A DNA stretch of 42,235 bases from a virus: positions 1 through 42,235 of the IMG/VR virus record IMGVR_UViG_3300020215_000089; one strand, written 5' to 3'. The position numbers and the translations under genes are program-made. The notes beneath the pieces were generated by a model. That model did not search any database, was not told the origin of the DNA, and saw only the letters and a program-made list of their open reading frames with translations. Within the stretch, counting starts at the first letter, position 1, and each line of letters opens with the position of its first letter. This document shows positions 16,387 through 23,581 of this stretch, one piece after another.

Positions 16387-16529
16387 CGAAGAACGTCGGC
16401 AACATCGGCAAGTGTGTTCCGCTCGATCTCTTTGACCAGGACCAGGAATAGATCAATGTCTAGGCCGTACAGCTTCGTCACGGTGGGGTAGTCGTTGAAG
16501 CTTGCGTGGCCGCATTTTTCGCAGATCAT
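16338..16529 (-). CDS. Hypothetical small protein
   Basis: Trimmed to the ATG at 16529 (MICEKCGH...), which follows GGAGGGGAA and forms an ATGA overlap with the upstream stop. Confidence 0.5.
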   Translation of the reverse strand: MICEKCGHASFNDYPTVTKLYGLDIDLFLVLVKEIERNTLADVADVLRWARIGKAAEKVMEKP

Positions 16530-16693
16530 TTCCCCTCCGTCGCTCGTCTGATTTCTTTTCCGCAAGCATCTACCCCATACGCCTCGATACACAATTGAGC
16601 CATGACTATCCGCCTTCGCTTACACTGGAAATAGATCGTGCCGCACATACCTACTACGATCAGGATTCTGGACACTATTAGTATTGGCTTCAT
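16526..16693 (-). CDS. Small membrane protein
   Basis: Trimmed to the ATG at 16693 (MKPILIVSRILIVVGMCGTIYF...), which forms an ATGA overlap with the upstream micro-ORF. Confidence 0.45.
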   Translation of the reverse strand: MKPILIVSRILIVVGMCGTIYFQCKRRRIVMAQLCIEAYGVDACGKEIRRATEGK

Positions 16694-16812
16694 CTCCCCT
16701 CCGTCGCCTGAGCCTTGGGGGCGGGGCGGCCGTCGCAGATAAGGTGCATGCCAAGCGACAGGCACATCCCGCATTTGCAGACCTCGTGACCGCACTCGCG
16801 ATCTTCGTTCAT
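16690..16812 (-). CDS. 40-aa Cys-rich micro-ORF
   Basis: MNEDRECGHEVCKCGMCLSLGMHLICDG... GGGAGGGG precedes the ATG. Both ends form ATGA overlaps. Confidence 0.35.
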   Translation of the reverse strand: MNEDRECGHEVCKCGMCLSLGMHLICDGRPAPKAQATEGR

Positions 16813-17399
16813 CGCCCCTCCCGCGCGTCCGGGGCGGCGGCCTTGATGTTCCTGAAAATCGAAAACATCCTCGTCGCCCGCTGGACGCCAGTTACGACGG
16901 CGATGAGCCCAAGCAAGTCCCACTCCCCGCGCTTGAATGACGGGTACTTTGTGTCCAGGACGCAGAGATACCCGCCCGGCTCCAAGACGCGCTTCGCCTC
17001 GCGCATAAACCCGCGCATGGGAAACGGCTTGCATCCGTATTTCTTTGAGTCGGCCGCCGAATAGGGAGGGTCGGACAGCACCAGGGAATAGCTGTTGTCC
17101 GGGAACGGAAGAGCGTCGGCTGGGGCCTGGACCTTCGGGCATCGAACCTCGTCAACGTGAAGGTCCACGGTCATCCCCGGCCCTTTGATGGTGCCGCTGG
17201 GGCAATGGAGTATCCGATCATGTGGGATCCCAGGGAACAGGGCGAGCGCCCGCTCCACGAATCCGCGCGGGTATTGGCCGTAAAGAGTCACCTTCTGATA
17301 CGCCGTCCCGCAGTACCACACCCCGTAAATCCAGCCCTTATCCTCGACGGTGATGGGGTACTTGCTATAGGTCTTGTTCCAATTCTCGACTGAAATCAC
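16809..17399 (-). CDS. DNA methyltransferase (N6-adenine / N4-cytosine class, DPPY motif)
   Basis: 196 aa with LVLSDPPY (motif IV) and an upstream ILHCPSGT segment resembling motif I. Confidence 0.8.
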   Translation of the reverse strand: MISVENWNKTYSKYPITVEDKGWIYGVWYCGTAYQKVTLYGQYPRGFVERALALFPGIPHDRILHCPSGTIKGPGMTVDLHVDEVRCPKVQAPADALPFPDNSYSLVLSDPPYSAADSKKYGCKPFPMRGFMREAKRVLEPGGYLCVLDTKYPSFKRGEWDLLGLIAVVTGVQRATRMFSIFRNIKAAAPDAREGR

Positions 17400-17863
17400 T
17401 TCGCGGCCTCCCCTTTGGTTTTGAGACGATCAAGCCTGACGACGGCGTTGTGCAGGTCTAGCTTCGCCTTGTCTAGCGCCGCACCTTCGCTTAGCCATGC
17501 CCGCTCCGCCGCCTCCACCACCGCCCTCTCCGCAAGTGCCAGGGTGACGGAGGGCGCGGCGCGCTTGTTCCATGCACCGCGCGATAGTGCCCATGCCTCG
17601 GGTCCTCTCCCGACGTCTGAAACCTGATAGGCGGACCACGGTTCGCCTTCGTGTTCGTTATTGAATCGCCATTCGACTATCCCGGGGCGCTTGTCATAGG
17701 CCGACAAGACGGCTTCGATGGCCTCTTTGCGGCCCAGCGGGATCGCGGCCACGATCACACTCGCGTCGTCAGAGCATCTATAGCCGGAAATCCACCATGG
17801 GAATTTTAGCGTGTAAGCGCCCATTTCCTCGGTCGAGTACCACGAAATCCGTCGGTATTTCAT
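17396..17863 (-). CDS. Hypothetical protein
   Basis: Trimmed to the ATG at 17863 (MKYRRISW...), preceded by GGGAGGGAG and forming an ATGA overlap. Confidence 0.55.
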   Translation of the reverse strand: MKYRRISWYSTEEMGAYTLKFPWWISGYRCSDDASVIVAAIPLGRKEAIEAVLSAYDKRPGIVEWRFNNEHEGEPWSAYQVSDVGRGPEAWALSRGAWNKRAAPSVTLALAERAVVEAAERAWLSEGAALDKAKLDLHNAVVRLDRLKTKGEAAK

Positions 17864-18042
17864 TGAATCTCCCTCCCGCGCTCCGTGGCTGCTACGACTT
17901 CCCGGTAATACTCCACCGCGCCCACAAGCTCTTTGCGCGGGCGCTTCTTGTCGGCCACCGAACACGCGACCATCAAGACGAACTCGCGGGCCTGGGGCAG
18001 CCGTCGCAACCCTTCGGCTCGTGACATCGGCCTCTTAGCCAT
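17860..18042 (-). CDS. Hypothetical small protein
   Basis: Trimmed to the ATG at 18042 (AGGAG, then 7 nt). Confidence 0.45.
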   Translation of the reverse strand: MAKRPMSRAEGLRRLPQAREFVLMVACSVADKKRPRKELVGAVEYYREVVAATERGREIQ

Positions 18043-18208
18043 TCTTTTTCTCCTGGGCGGCGGCCAGAGCCAACGAGTCGAACGAAATCGAATACGAAAT
18101 GCCGGCGTTGCTTTCCGACAGCAGCGAGTTATATTCCGCGTGCGCCTCAATCCATGCGCGATAAGCCTTGTGAACCTTCGTCGCGGCGGCCTTCAACCTC
18201 TTATCCAT
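18035..18208 (-). CDS. Hypothetical small protein (57 aa, not in ORF track)
   Basis: Hand translation gives MDKRLKAAATKVHKAYRAWIEAHAEYNSLLSESNAGISYSISFDSLALAAAQEKKNG*. GGAGGAG lies upstream, and both ends overlap the neighbouring genes. Confidence 0.4.
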   Translation of the reverse strand: MDKRLKAAATKVHKAYRAWIEAHAEYNSLLSESNAGISYSISFDSLALAAAQEKKNG

Positions 18209-18479
18209 TTACTCCTCCGTGCGGCTTGTCCCCGAGAGCGGCGAGGGCGGCTTTTAGGACTGGCCCCTGCCGTATGTCACCTATCGCCGCCGCAGCGTCC
18301 GCGACCGCCCGCAGCTTGGCGTTCTCCTCCTCCAGGCGCACAACTAGATTCCGGCCACGCTCCAGCAGGGTCACGGCCTCGCGCAGCTTCGCCGCTTCGG
18401 CCTCGGCCCGATAAGCGCGATATTCGGCCATCTCGCATTGCGCCTTCCAGTCGGGGATAATGTTGTCCATCTTGGGCAT
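18201..18479 (-). CDS. Hypothetical coiled-coil protein
   Basis: 92-aa ORF, Ala/Glu/Arg-rich. Confidence 0.55.
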   Translation of the reverse strand: MPKMDNIIPDWKAQCEMAEYRAYRAEAEAAKLREAVTLLERGRNLVVRLEEENAKLRAVADAAAAIGDIRQGPVLKAALAALGDKPHGGVNG

Positions 18480-18665
18480 TTAGGCGGCCTCCTTCTTCGA
18501 CTTCTCGGCGCGCTTCTGGGCGCGGATAGCGTCACACCATCCCTTTTCGTACGCCATGGCGACAATTCGATTGTCTCGGAGCTTTTTATATCCGACCTTC
18601 ATCGACCACGAAAATCCGCGCGCCCAGGCCGAAATTGAGACGCGCTTTTTGTCCTCGATCTTCAC
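18480..18665 (-). CDS. Hypothetical small basic protein
   Basis: 61-aa ORF. Confidence 0.5.
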   Translation of the reverse strand: MKIEDKKRVSISAWARGFSWSMKVGYKKLRDNRIVAMAYEKGWCDAIRAQKRAEKSKKEAA

Positions 18666-19225
18666 CGCTCCCCCTTCCGTCGCTCTAGCAGAGACTTAAC
18701 GGCGGGGAGGGCAAAGACGGCTTTGATCCGCATATACGCCTTCCCCGCTTCCTCGCGCCTTCGCTTCACAGTTGGATAGAAGGTCCCCCATTGGCAATCA
18801 AGCTCAAGCATCGCGGCCTGTAGCTCCTCGGCCATCTTCGCCGCCGCCTCCTCGATTTCCCGGCGGGCTGACTCGGAGCGGCGCAGCGCGTTCGCAAGGA
18901 CTAGCCCGAAGTGCTGGGCCGCAGCGGGATCGTCGTAGGCATCGCATCGGTGTCCTTCGGTATAGAACTTCAGCGCCTCCGCGACCTCCGCGTCTTCGAC
19001 CTTCGTCAGCGCGGACAGTTTTGCTTCGGCGGCCTCCATGCGATGGAAGAAGTTGCCCAGCTTCTCGTTCTTTTCCGCCTCCGCCTCCCAGTGCTGCACA
19101 GCCTCGTCGCGCTCCGCCTTAACCGCCGCCAATTCCTCCCGCGCCGAGGACAGGGCGGAGCGCAAACGGCGGACCTCATCGGCTATTTGCATCTTCGGGA
19201 CTTCGGCCCATTCCTGCTCGCTCAT
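18662..19225 (-). CDS. Hypothetical coiled-coil protein
   Basis: 187-aa ORF with ATGA coupling at both ends. Confidence 0.6.
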   Translation of the reverse strand: MSEQEWAEVPKMQIADEVRRLRSALSSAREELAAVKAERDEAVQHWEAEAEKNEKLGNFFHRMEAAEAKLSALTKVEDAEVAEALKFYTEGHRCDAYDDPAAAQHFGLVLANALRRSESARREIEEAAAKMAEELQAAMLELDCQWGTFYPTVKRRREEAGKAYMRIKAVFALPAVKSLLERRKGER

Positions 19226-19311
19226 CGGTTCCTCTTTTCAATCGCGCTTGAAATAAATACGCATCCGAGCCAAAACCACACGCCAATTATCACGGCAGAC
19301 AATTCGCTCAT
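19222..19311 (-). CDS. 29-aa transmembrane micro-ORF
   Basis: Hand translation gives MSELSAVIIGVWFWLGCVFISSAIEKRNR*. Both ends form ATGA overlaps and a G-rich Shine-Dalgarno site lies upstream. Confidence 0.35.
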   Translation of the reverse strand: MSELSAVIIGVWFWLGCVFISSAIEKRNR

Positions 19312-19802
19312 GCCCCCTCTCCCCGCCTGATAGCGGCCTTCTTCCGCAAGCGATAATCCACCAAGTAGCGCAAAAGCCTATCCCTGTGCGCCGCCCGATA
19401 CTTCGCGGCGAGGATCTTCTTGCATTGACGGCAGTATCTGTGACCACGCCTCCAAATCGTGTTTTCAGGGCTAAATTCATGACCCCTTACACAATTGATC
19501 TTGCTGGCCAGGGGATGACGCCCCTTCTTAACGCAATCTCGGAGATTATCGGAAGGGGTCCCCGCAAACAGATGTTTTGGGTTTATGCATTTAGGGTTAT
19601 CGCACTTGTGGCAAATCAGCATCCCGCGCGGTATTTTCCCGACATGGAGGCGATACGCCGCTCGGTGCGCTTGAATTTTCGTGCCGTTGATATAGAGCGC
19701 CCCGTATCCCTTTTGGTCTTTCGACCACGGCCACTCAATGCACGGCCCAATATCTGTGTTCATACCCACCCTCTCGCGTATCTCGCTTAGGCGGTCGGTC
19801 AT
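19308..19802 (-). CDS. HNH endonuclease (second copy, different family member)
   Basis: KGYGALYINGTKIQAHRAAYRLHVGKIPRGMLICHKCDNPKCINPKHLFAGTPSDN is an HNH_3-type signature. Confidence 0.85.
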   Translation of the reverse strand: MTDRLSEIRERVGMNTDIGPCIEWPWSKDQKGYGALYINGTKIQAHRAAYRLHVGKIPRGMLICHKCDNPKCINPKHLFAGTPSDNLRDCVKKGRHPLASKINCVRGHEFSPENTIWRRGHRYCRQCKKILAAKYRAAHRDRLLRYLVDYRLRKKAAIRRGEGA

Positions 19803-20359
19803 GGGTTAGCCTCGAAGAAGGCCCGCGCAAATCCCGGAGGCGTTGCGGCCCTCTCGGTGAAATTCCGCGCTAGGCCGGTTTGTTTGCGGGGACTCCCTTC
19901 CGGCGCGTGAGCTCGCACAAGAGAATCAACGGGCGCAACATCACGACAAAACGGCGGCCCGAATGTTCCCCATAGCCATGTGCGCTTCGTCCACGGATCG
20001 CCGTATTCGTGCGGGTTAAACTTCATCGCCGGTTCGCCAAGCCATTGCCGCAGATAGCCCTGGGGATTCTCCAGTGCCCACCACTTTGGCTTTGCCACGA
20101 CGATTATCCGCAGGCAGGCGTCTACGACTGACAAAGACTCGATGAACTGAGCGTCCGTCGGCCTGCCCCGGCACATTCGCATTCGGCAAAACATCGTGCA
20201 AGGCGGGGCGGCAAGGATGCCGTGAACGTGTGGGGGCGGCGTGTAGAGACGAACGTCCTGATCCGGCAGCGTGACAAGGCGAACGTCATAGCCCGCGTCC
20301 CGGTACGGCTTCGACCAGGAGCCTGTTCCGCCGCACAAATCGAGAATGATCCGCCTCAC
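19799..20359 (-). CDS. Compact DNA cytosine-5 methyltransferase-like protein
   Basis: Trimmed to the GTG at 20359, which forms a GTGA overlap. Motifs are ILDLCGGTGSW (motif I), AAPPCTMFC (motif IV) and WALENP (motif VI-like). At 186 aa it is far shorter than a canonical Dcm. Confidence 0.55.
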   Translation of the reverse strand: MRRIILDLCGGTGSWSKPYRDAGYDVRLVTLPDQDVRLYTPPPHVHGILAAPPCTMFCRMRMCRGRPTDAQFIESLSVVDACLRIIVVAKPKWWALENPQGYLRQWLGEPAMKFNPHEYGDPWTKRTWLWGTFGPPFCRDVAPVDSLVRAHAPEGSPRKQTGLARNFTERAATPPGFARAFFEANP

Positions 20360-20745
20360 TTCTTCTCCTCCGTCCCCGGGGCGGGGAGGGCCAGGGCCTT
20401 TAGGACAGCACGACATTTTCTCTCGGCGGGGTTGTTATCACCGCGAGTGCAGGCACCGACGCATAAGCCGACATGGCCGTCAGTGTTTACCTGAGCCTCC
20501 AACGCCTCCCGCAGCCGCCCCGCGTACTCTTTCCACGCCTTGATTTCCGCCTCTAGCTCTTCAAATGGCTTCAAAAGCTCAAAGAAGTGCCCCGGTAAGT
20601 ATTGCCCGTTCCACAAAGCCGCCCTAGATTCCCAATCCTCTAGGCGCTTCTCTAGCTCCGTAATGCGCTTCACCGCCCGCGCCTCGGCGTTCTCTACTCC
20701 CTGGGCGTAGCCGGCGTCCATGGCTTCTCGGATGACATCTTTCAA
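20356..20745 (-). CDS. Hypothetical coiled-coil protein
   Basis: 129-aa ORF. Confidence 0.55.
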   Translation of the reverse strand: MKDVIREAMDAGYAQGVENAEARAVKRITELEKRLEDWESRAALWNGQYLPGHFFELLKPFEELEAEIKAWKEYAGRLREALEAQVNTDGHVGLCVGACTRGDNNPAERKCRAVLKALALPAPGTEEKK

Positions 20746-20915
20746 GACAGCACCTCCGCGACAAGGCGGATTTTCTTGCCCAACAAACTCTTCTTTACGT
20801 ACACCGGGGCAAGGTTAAGGCCCAGAAATCGGACGAAGCCGTCGCCCATATCGTAATCCCAGCACGGATGCCCCACCCCCAGCACCACCCGCCGCGCCTT
20901 CTTTTTCTTGGTCAT
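20742..20915 (-). CDS. Hypothetical small protein
   Basis: Trimmed to the ATG at 20915 (MTKKKKARR...), which forms a TAATG junction with the upstream micro-ORF. Confidence 0.45.
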   Translation of the reverse strand: MTKKKKARRVVLGVGHPCWDYDMGDGFVRFLGLNLAPVYVKKSLLGKKIRLVAEVLS

Positions 20916-21043
20916 TAGAGTGCCCACAGCACACACAAAAACGCTGATGCGATCAGCGTGTCTCTCGTCGTATTAGCACTGGAGCCAAGGACAAGAGTGA
21001 GAATGGCAAGCCCAAGCACCGCTATGAACCTCACGTGCCTCAC
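20915..21043 (-). CDS. 42-aa two-TM micro-ORF
   Basis: Hand translation gives (V)RHVRFIAVLGLAILTLVLGSSANTTRDTLIASAFLCVLWAL*. Its GTG overlaps the upstream TGA. Confidence 0.35.
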   Translation of the reverse strand: MRHVRFIAVLGLAILTLVLGSSANTTRDTLIASAFLCVLWAL

Positions 21044-21354
21044 GGCTTGGACCGGGCGGCGAGCCGGGACGGCAGATCCTGGACGCGCCGCATAACGTGC
21101 GTTACCTCATCGGCCGTCAGGTGCCCCATAACGTCATCGGTGATACCCGAGTCGTAGCAGAGGACGCCGTCATGAAGCACGGCAAGCTCCCATTCGTTCT
21201 CATTGTCGGTATAGGAGCCGTAGCCGCCGCCAAGTGGAATCGTGAACCGGACCACGCTAACGCCAAACCCGTTGGGGAAGTCCATCCTGGCTTGTCTCCC
21301 GCCCATGTGATGCGGCCCGAACTCCAAATCCTCGAACGTCTTTACGTTATCCAT
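21040..21354 (-). CDS. Hypothetical protein
   Basis: 104-aa ORF with GGGAGGA upstream. Confidence 0.6.
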   Translation of the reverse strand: MDNVKTFEDLEFGPHHMGGRQARMDFPNGFGVSVVRFTIPLGGGYGSYTDNENEWELAVLHDGVLCYDSGITDDVMGHLTADEVTHVMRRVQDLPSRLAARSKP

Positions 21355-21384
21355 TCATCCTCCCTTTGCGGATGGCGTCAAAGC

Positions 21385-21492
21385 GGCCGTGCGATGGGAA
21401 GGGATTCGAACCCTCAACTGGCTTCCCCCCTGGTATTCCTCCAGGGCGCACCATTTCTGGAACGGGGAGTGCATCCGGGCGTCATCGCACGG
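21385..21492 (-). ncRNA. tRNA-like structured element (consensus T-arm closed by an 11-bp helix); identity unknown
   Basis: Minus strand reads GCCGTGCGATG...GAGGG-TTCGAAT-CCCTT-CC-CATCGCACGGC. Inside are a CCA-GAAA-TGG tetraloop hairpin and a CCTGG-AGGAATA-CCAGG hairpin. The element overlaps the doubtful ORF 21355..21771. Confidence 0.3.
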
Positions 21493-21690
21493 CTTTACTG
21501 CTTCGCCAATGGCGCGTCCTAGGAAGCCAAAGGCGACATCTGAGAGCATGGGCGGGTCCTGCCCCCGCTCGGGCTGCTCTGTGAGCCCACTTGCTGGCGA
21601 AGCCGGGCATGGTTTCCCCCGTCGGGTACTTTGTCCCCTCGCCGCTTCAGCAGTACGCGCGTCATCTCGCCGCGCTGCCATGCTCAAAAC

Positions 21691-21762
21691 AGGAGCCCCG
21701 CCGGACTCGCACCGGCTATCATCCCTTTGTATCGGGGTCGCTCGATTCTTTGCGTTGGGGCT
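21691..21762 (-). ncRNA. 72-nt degenerate tRNA-like element
   Basis: Minus strand has a GAGCCCC/GGGGCTC 7-bp acceptor-like helix and a GCCGG-TGCGAGT-CCGGC T-arm-like hairpin directly before the 3' strand. The D and anticodon arms are poor. Confidence 0.25.
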
Positions 21763-21767
21763 CGAAA

Positions 21768-21920
21768 TCATTCCGGCAGCACTTCCCGGACGCTGTCTAT
21801 AACGTCCTGCTGGGCCAGGGGCTTGCTTAGGTCGTAGCCGGACAGGTCCAGGGACAAACGAACGTCGCCATTAGGCGCAACGACAAGCAGCTTCCAGCCC
21901 GTGAACTTGAGCGGCTTCAT
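21768..21920 (-). CDS. Hypothetical small protein
   Basis: Trimmed to the ATG at 21920 (MKPLKFTGWKLLVVAPNG...), which forms an ATGA overlap. Confidence 0.45.
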   Translation of the reverse strand: MKPLKFTGWKLLVVAPNGDVRLSLDLSGYDLSKPLAQQDVIDSVREVLPE

Positions 21921-22225
21921 GCGCCATCCCCGGTGGCCTTGGCGATGGCGGCGTGGGCGATAGCCTTTACTTCCTTGTCGTCGCCCGGGAATGGCTGGGA
22001 ATGCCACAACATGAACGCTTTCAGCGCTTCCAGCAGGTCATCGTGGGCATTGACCGCTCGAACGATTAGCCCCGCGTAGCGCATAGTTGCCTCGGCGACG
22101 TGTTTGCCGTCCGCATTGCGAATCCTGCCGGGAAACTCCGCGTCCAGACGCAGCGGCAGTTTGCATTCGTTGTTCATGCGCTCCATGTCCTCGTAGTACT
22201 TGCGCCAATCCGCAGAAGTAGGCAT
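21917..22225 (-). CDS. Hypothetical protein
   Basis: Trimmed to the ATG at 22225 (MPTSADWRKYYEDM...), which forms a TAATG junction. Confidence 0.55.
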   Translation of the reverse strand: MPTSADWRKYYEDMERMNNECKLPLRLDAEFPGRIRNADGKHVAEATMRYAGLIVRAVNAHDDLLEALKAFMLWHSQPFPGDDKEVKAIAHAAIAKATGDGA

Positions 22226-22446
22226 TAGCGGGCCTCCACGTTGCGACCGATCAACTGCGAGAACTCGCCGCGATAAAACGCCGTGCCTCCGTTCTCGTAG
22301 CAGGCAAGCGTGTAGTGAGCGCCGCGACCGCCGACCAGCACCACCCACAGAACCGCGCCCGTCACCTTCCGCACCTTCTCGGGCATCGTGATAGTTCCCT
22401 CAATCGCGTACTCTTTTCCCTGCACCGTCATCGTTTGGTTGGTCAT
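22225..22446 (-). CDS. Hypothetical protein, first gene of a leaderless transcript
   Basis: 73-aa ORF. Its ATG lies 6 nt downstream of a -10 element and there is no Shine-Dalgarno site. Confidence 0.55.
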   Translation of the reverse strand: MTNQTMTVQGKEYAIEGTITMPEKVRKVTGAVLWVVLVGGRGAHYTLACYENGGTAFYRGEFSQLIGRNVEAR

Positions 22447-22452
22447 GAGTAA

Positions 22453-22481
22453 AGTGTAGCCTATATAGGCTACGCTGTCAA
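22453..22481 (-). promoter_or_regulatory. Sigma-70-type promoter (leftward)
   Basis: Minus strand has TTGACA, a 17-nt spacer, TACACT, then 6 nt and the ATG. Confidence 0.6.
22456..22473. promoter_or_regulatory. Perfect 18-bp palindromic operator
   Basis: GTAGCCTATATAGGCTAC lies inside the spacer and -10 of the leftward promoter. Confidence 0.6.
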
Positions 22482-22500
22482 GGGCTTTTTGTATCCGGTA

Positions 22501-22529
22501 TTGACTATCCGCCGATCCTGCCCTATACT
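22501..22529 (+). promoter_or_regulatory. Sigma-70-type promoter (rightward)
   Basis: TTGACT, a 17-nt spacer, TATACT, then 6 nt and the GTG. Confidence 0.6.
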
Positions 22530-22535
22530 GTCTGC

Positions 22536-22673
22536 GTGGAACAGCCCTGCCCCGAGTGCGGCAAGACGTTCAAACCGGCTACTTACTGGCAGAAGTTTTG
22601 CGGCTCTACCTGCCGCCAACGCGTTAAAATGCGCCGGTACAGGACCAACCGGAAGAAGCGCGAGAAGTCTTAG
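22536..22673 (+). CDS. 45-aa zinc-ribbon protein with basic tail, leaderless (not in ORF track)
   Basis: Hand translation gives (M)EQPCPECGKTFKPATYWQKFCGSTCRQRVKMRRYRTNRKKREKS*. It lies antisense within the minus-strand operon. Its TAG overlaps the TAA of the convergent gene. Confidence 0.5.
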   Translation: MEQPCPECGKTFKPATYWQKFCGSTCRQRVKMRRYRTNRKKREKS

Positions 22674-22873
22674 CACGGCTGACCCTTTAGGGCCTTGTCG
22701 GCCACGCAGCACAGGAAATCTGTGTCTGGCCCGCAAAGATGCTCCGCAGCTCCTAGGCGAATCTTTATCTTCGCTAAGGCAACCCCAAGCCTCACGTTGT
22801 CGTCCATGAGCCTTTTTAGGTGCGGGCGGCACGACTGGCACTCCGCGATGTGGTCACAGGTGTATTCCGTCAT
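22670..22873 (-). CDS. Cys-rich small protein
   Basis: 67-aa ORF with an ATGA overlap to the upstream gene. Confidence 0.5.
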   Translation of the reverse strand: MTEYTCDHIAECQSCRPHLKRLMDDNVRLGVALAKIKIRLGAAEHLCGPDTDFLCCVADKALKGQPC

Positions 22874-23223
22874 TCGGCCCTCGTCTTTTTCTCGTAGTCG
22901 TCTATCGCCTTCCGCGCCGTCCTACGCATATCGGCGGCATCGTCTTTAAGCGTGATGGCGTGTAGCGCGTCCTCCAGGCCCTTGATCCATTCGCCCAGCA
23001 TGCGGACGCTGGCCTCCATGTCGCGGGCGTAGCCGTAAGCATCGGCGCGTTCGGACTCTTTTTCGTCGATCCCGTCAAGGATGGCGTCGGCGATGGCGTT
23101 ACGCAGCGCGACGTGGGCCAAGAATCCGCCGCACTTGATCCAGTTGTGCTTCTCGGCCTCTTGAAGGATCTTGTTTGCTCGGTTGTGTGCGTCTGTGTGC
23201 ATATTCGGAAAAGCGTCAGGCAT
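22870..23223 (-). CDS. Hypothetical protein
   Basis: 117-aa ORF. Confidence 0.55.
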   Translation of the reverse strand: MPDAFPNMHTDAHNRANKILQEAEKHNWIKCGGFLAHVALRNAIADAILDGIDEKESERADAYGYARDMEASVRMLGEWIKGLEDALHAITLKDDAADMRRTARKAIDDYEKKTRAE

Positions 23224-23581
23224 CTTCCCCCCTTAACCCTTCGTCGCACATAGAGACGATGGTCTCAGCCGCAGCCGTACACTGGCCGCACGGAACCCAT
23301 TGCCCTTCTCCCGCGTAGAAGCGGATTTTCGACAGGACTTCGCGTAGGCGCTCAACTTCATCGGCTAATACCTGCCCGCTGGGCGGTCCCCAGTTTCTTA
23401 CGGCCCCCACGGCTGATTTGATTTCATCCGGCATTGAGCCCCCGCCATAGCAGCCGCAGCACTCAAACTCTTTTGTCGTTTCGTCCACCGGGAGCCCGTC
23501 CCAATCGTGGCACCAATGGGCCTTTTTGCCGGTAAGAATCTTGCCCCGATAGCGGATACAGTCTTCTTCCCACTGACTCAC
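23216..23581 (-). CDS. Cys-rich hypothetical protein
   Basis: 121-aa ORF. Confidence 0.55.
   Translation of the reverse strand: MSQWEEDCIRYRGKILTGKKAHWCHDWDGLPVDETTKEFECCGCYGGGSMPDEIKSAVGAVRNWGPPSGQVLADEVERLREVLSKIRFYAGEGQWVPCGQCTAAAETIVSMCDEGLRGEDA

Noticed and set aside
16690-17142. 150-aa ORF overlapping the DPPY methyltransferase gene.
   Set aside because: Only its last 40 codons (16690-16812), downstream of the methyltransferase stop and preceded by a Shine-Dalgarno site, look like a gene. The rest is an alternative frame of the methyltransferase.
21355-21771. tmRNA gene.
   Set aside because: The 5' strand that pairs with the 3' acceptor strand gives A3-U70 rather than the G3-U70 alanine identity pair. 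I found no tag-peptide reading frame ending in an Ala-Ala-stop-like sequence and no CCA-proximal standard acceptor.
22489-22841. ORFs 22489..22809 (+, 106 aa) and 22470..22841 (-, 123 aa).
   Set aside because: Both are Arg/Ser/Pro-rich and span the promoter/operator region. The short zinc-ribbon frame (22536-22673) and the 67-aa minus-strand gene explain the region better.
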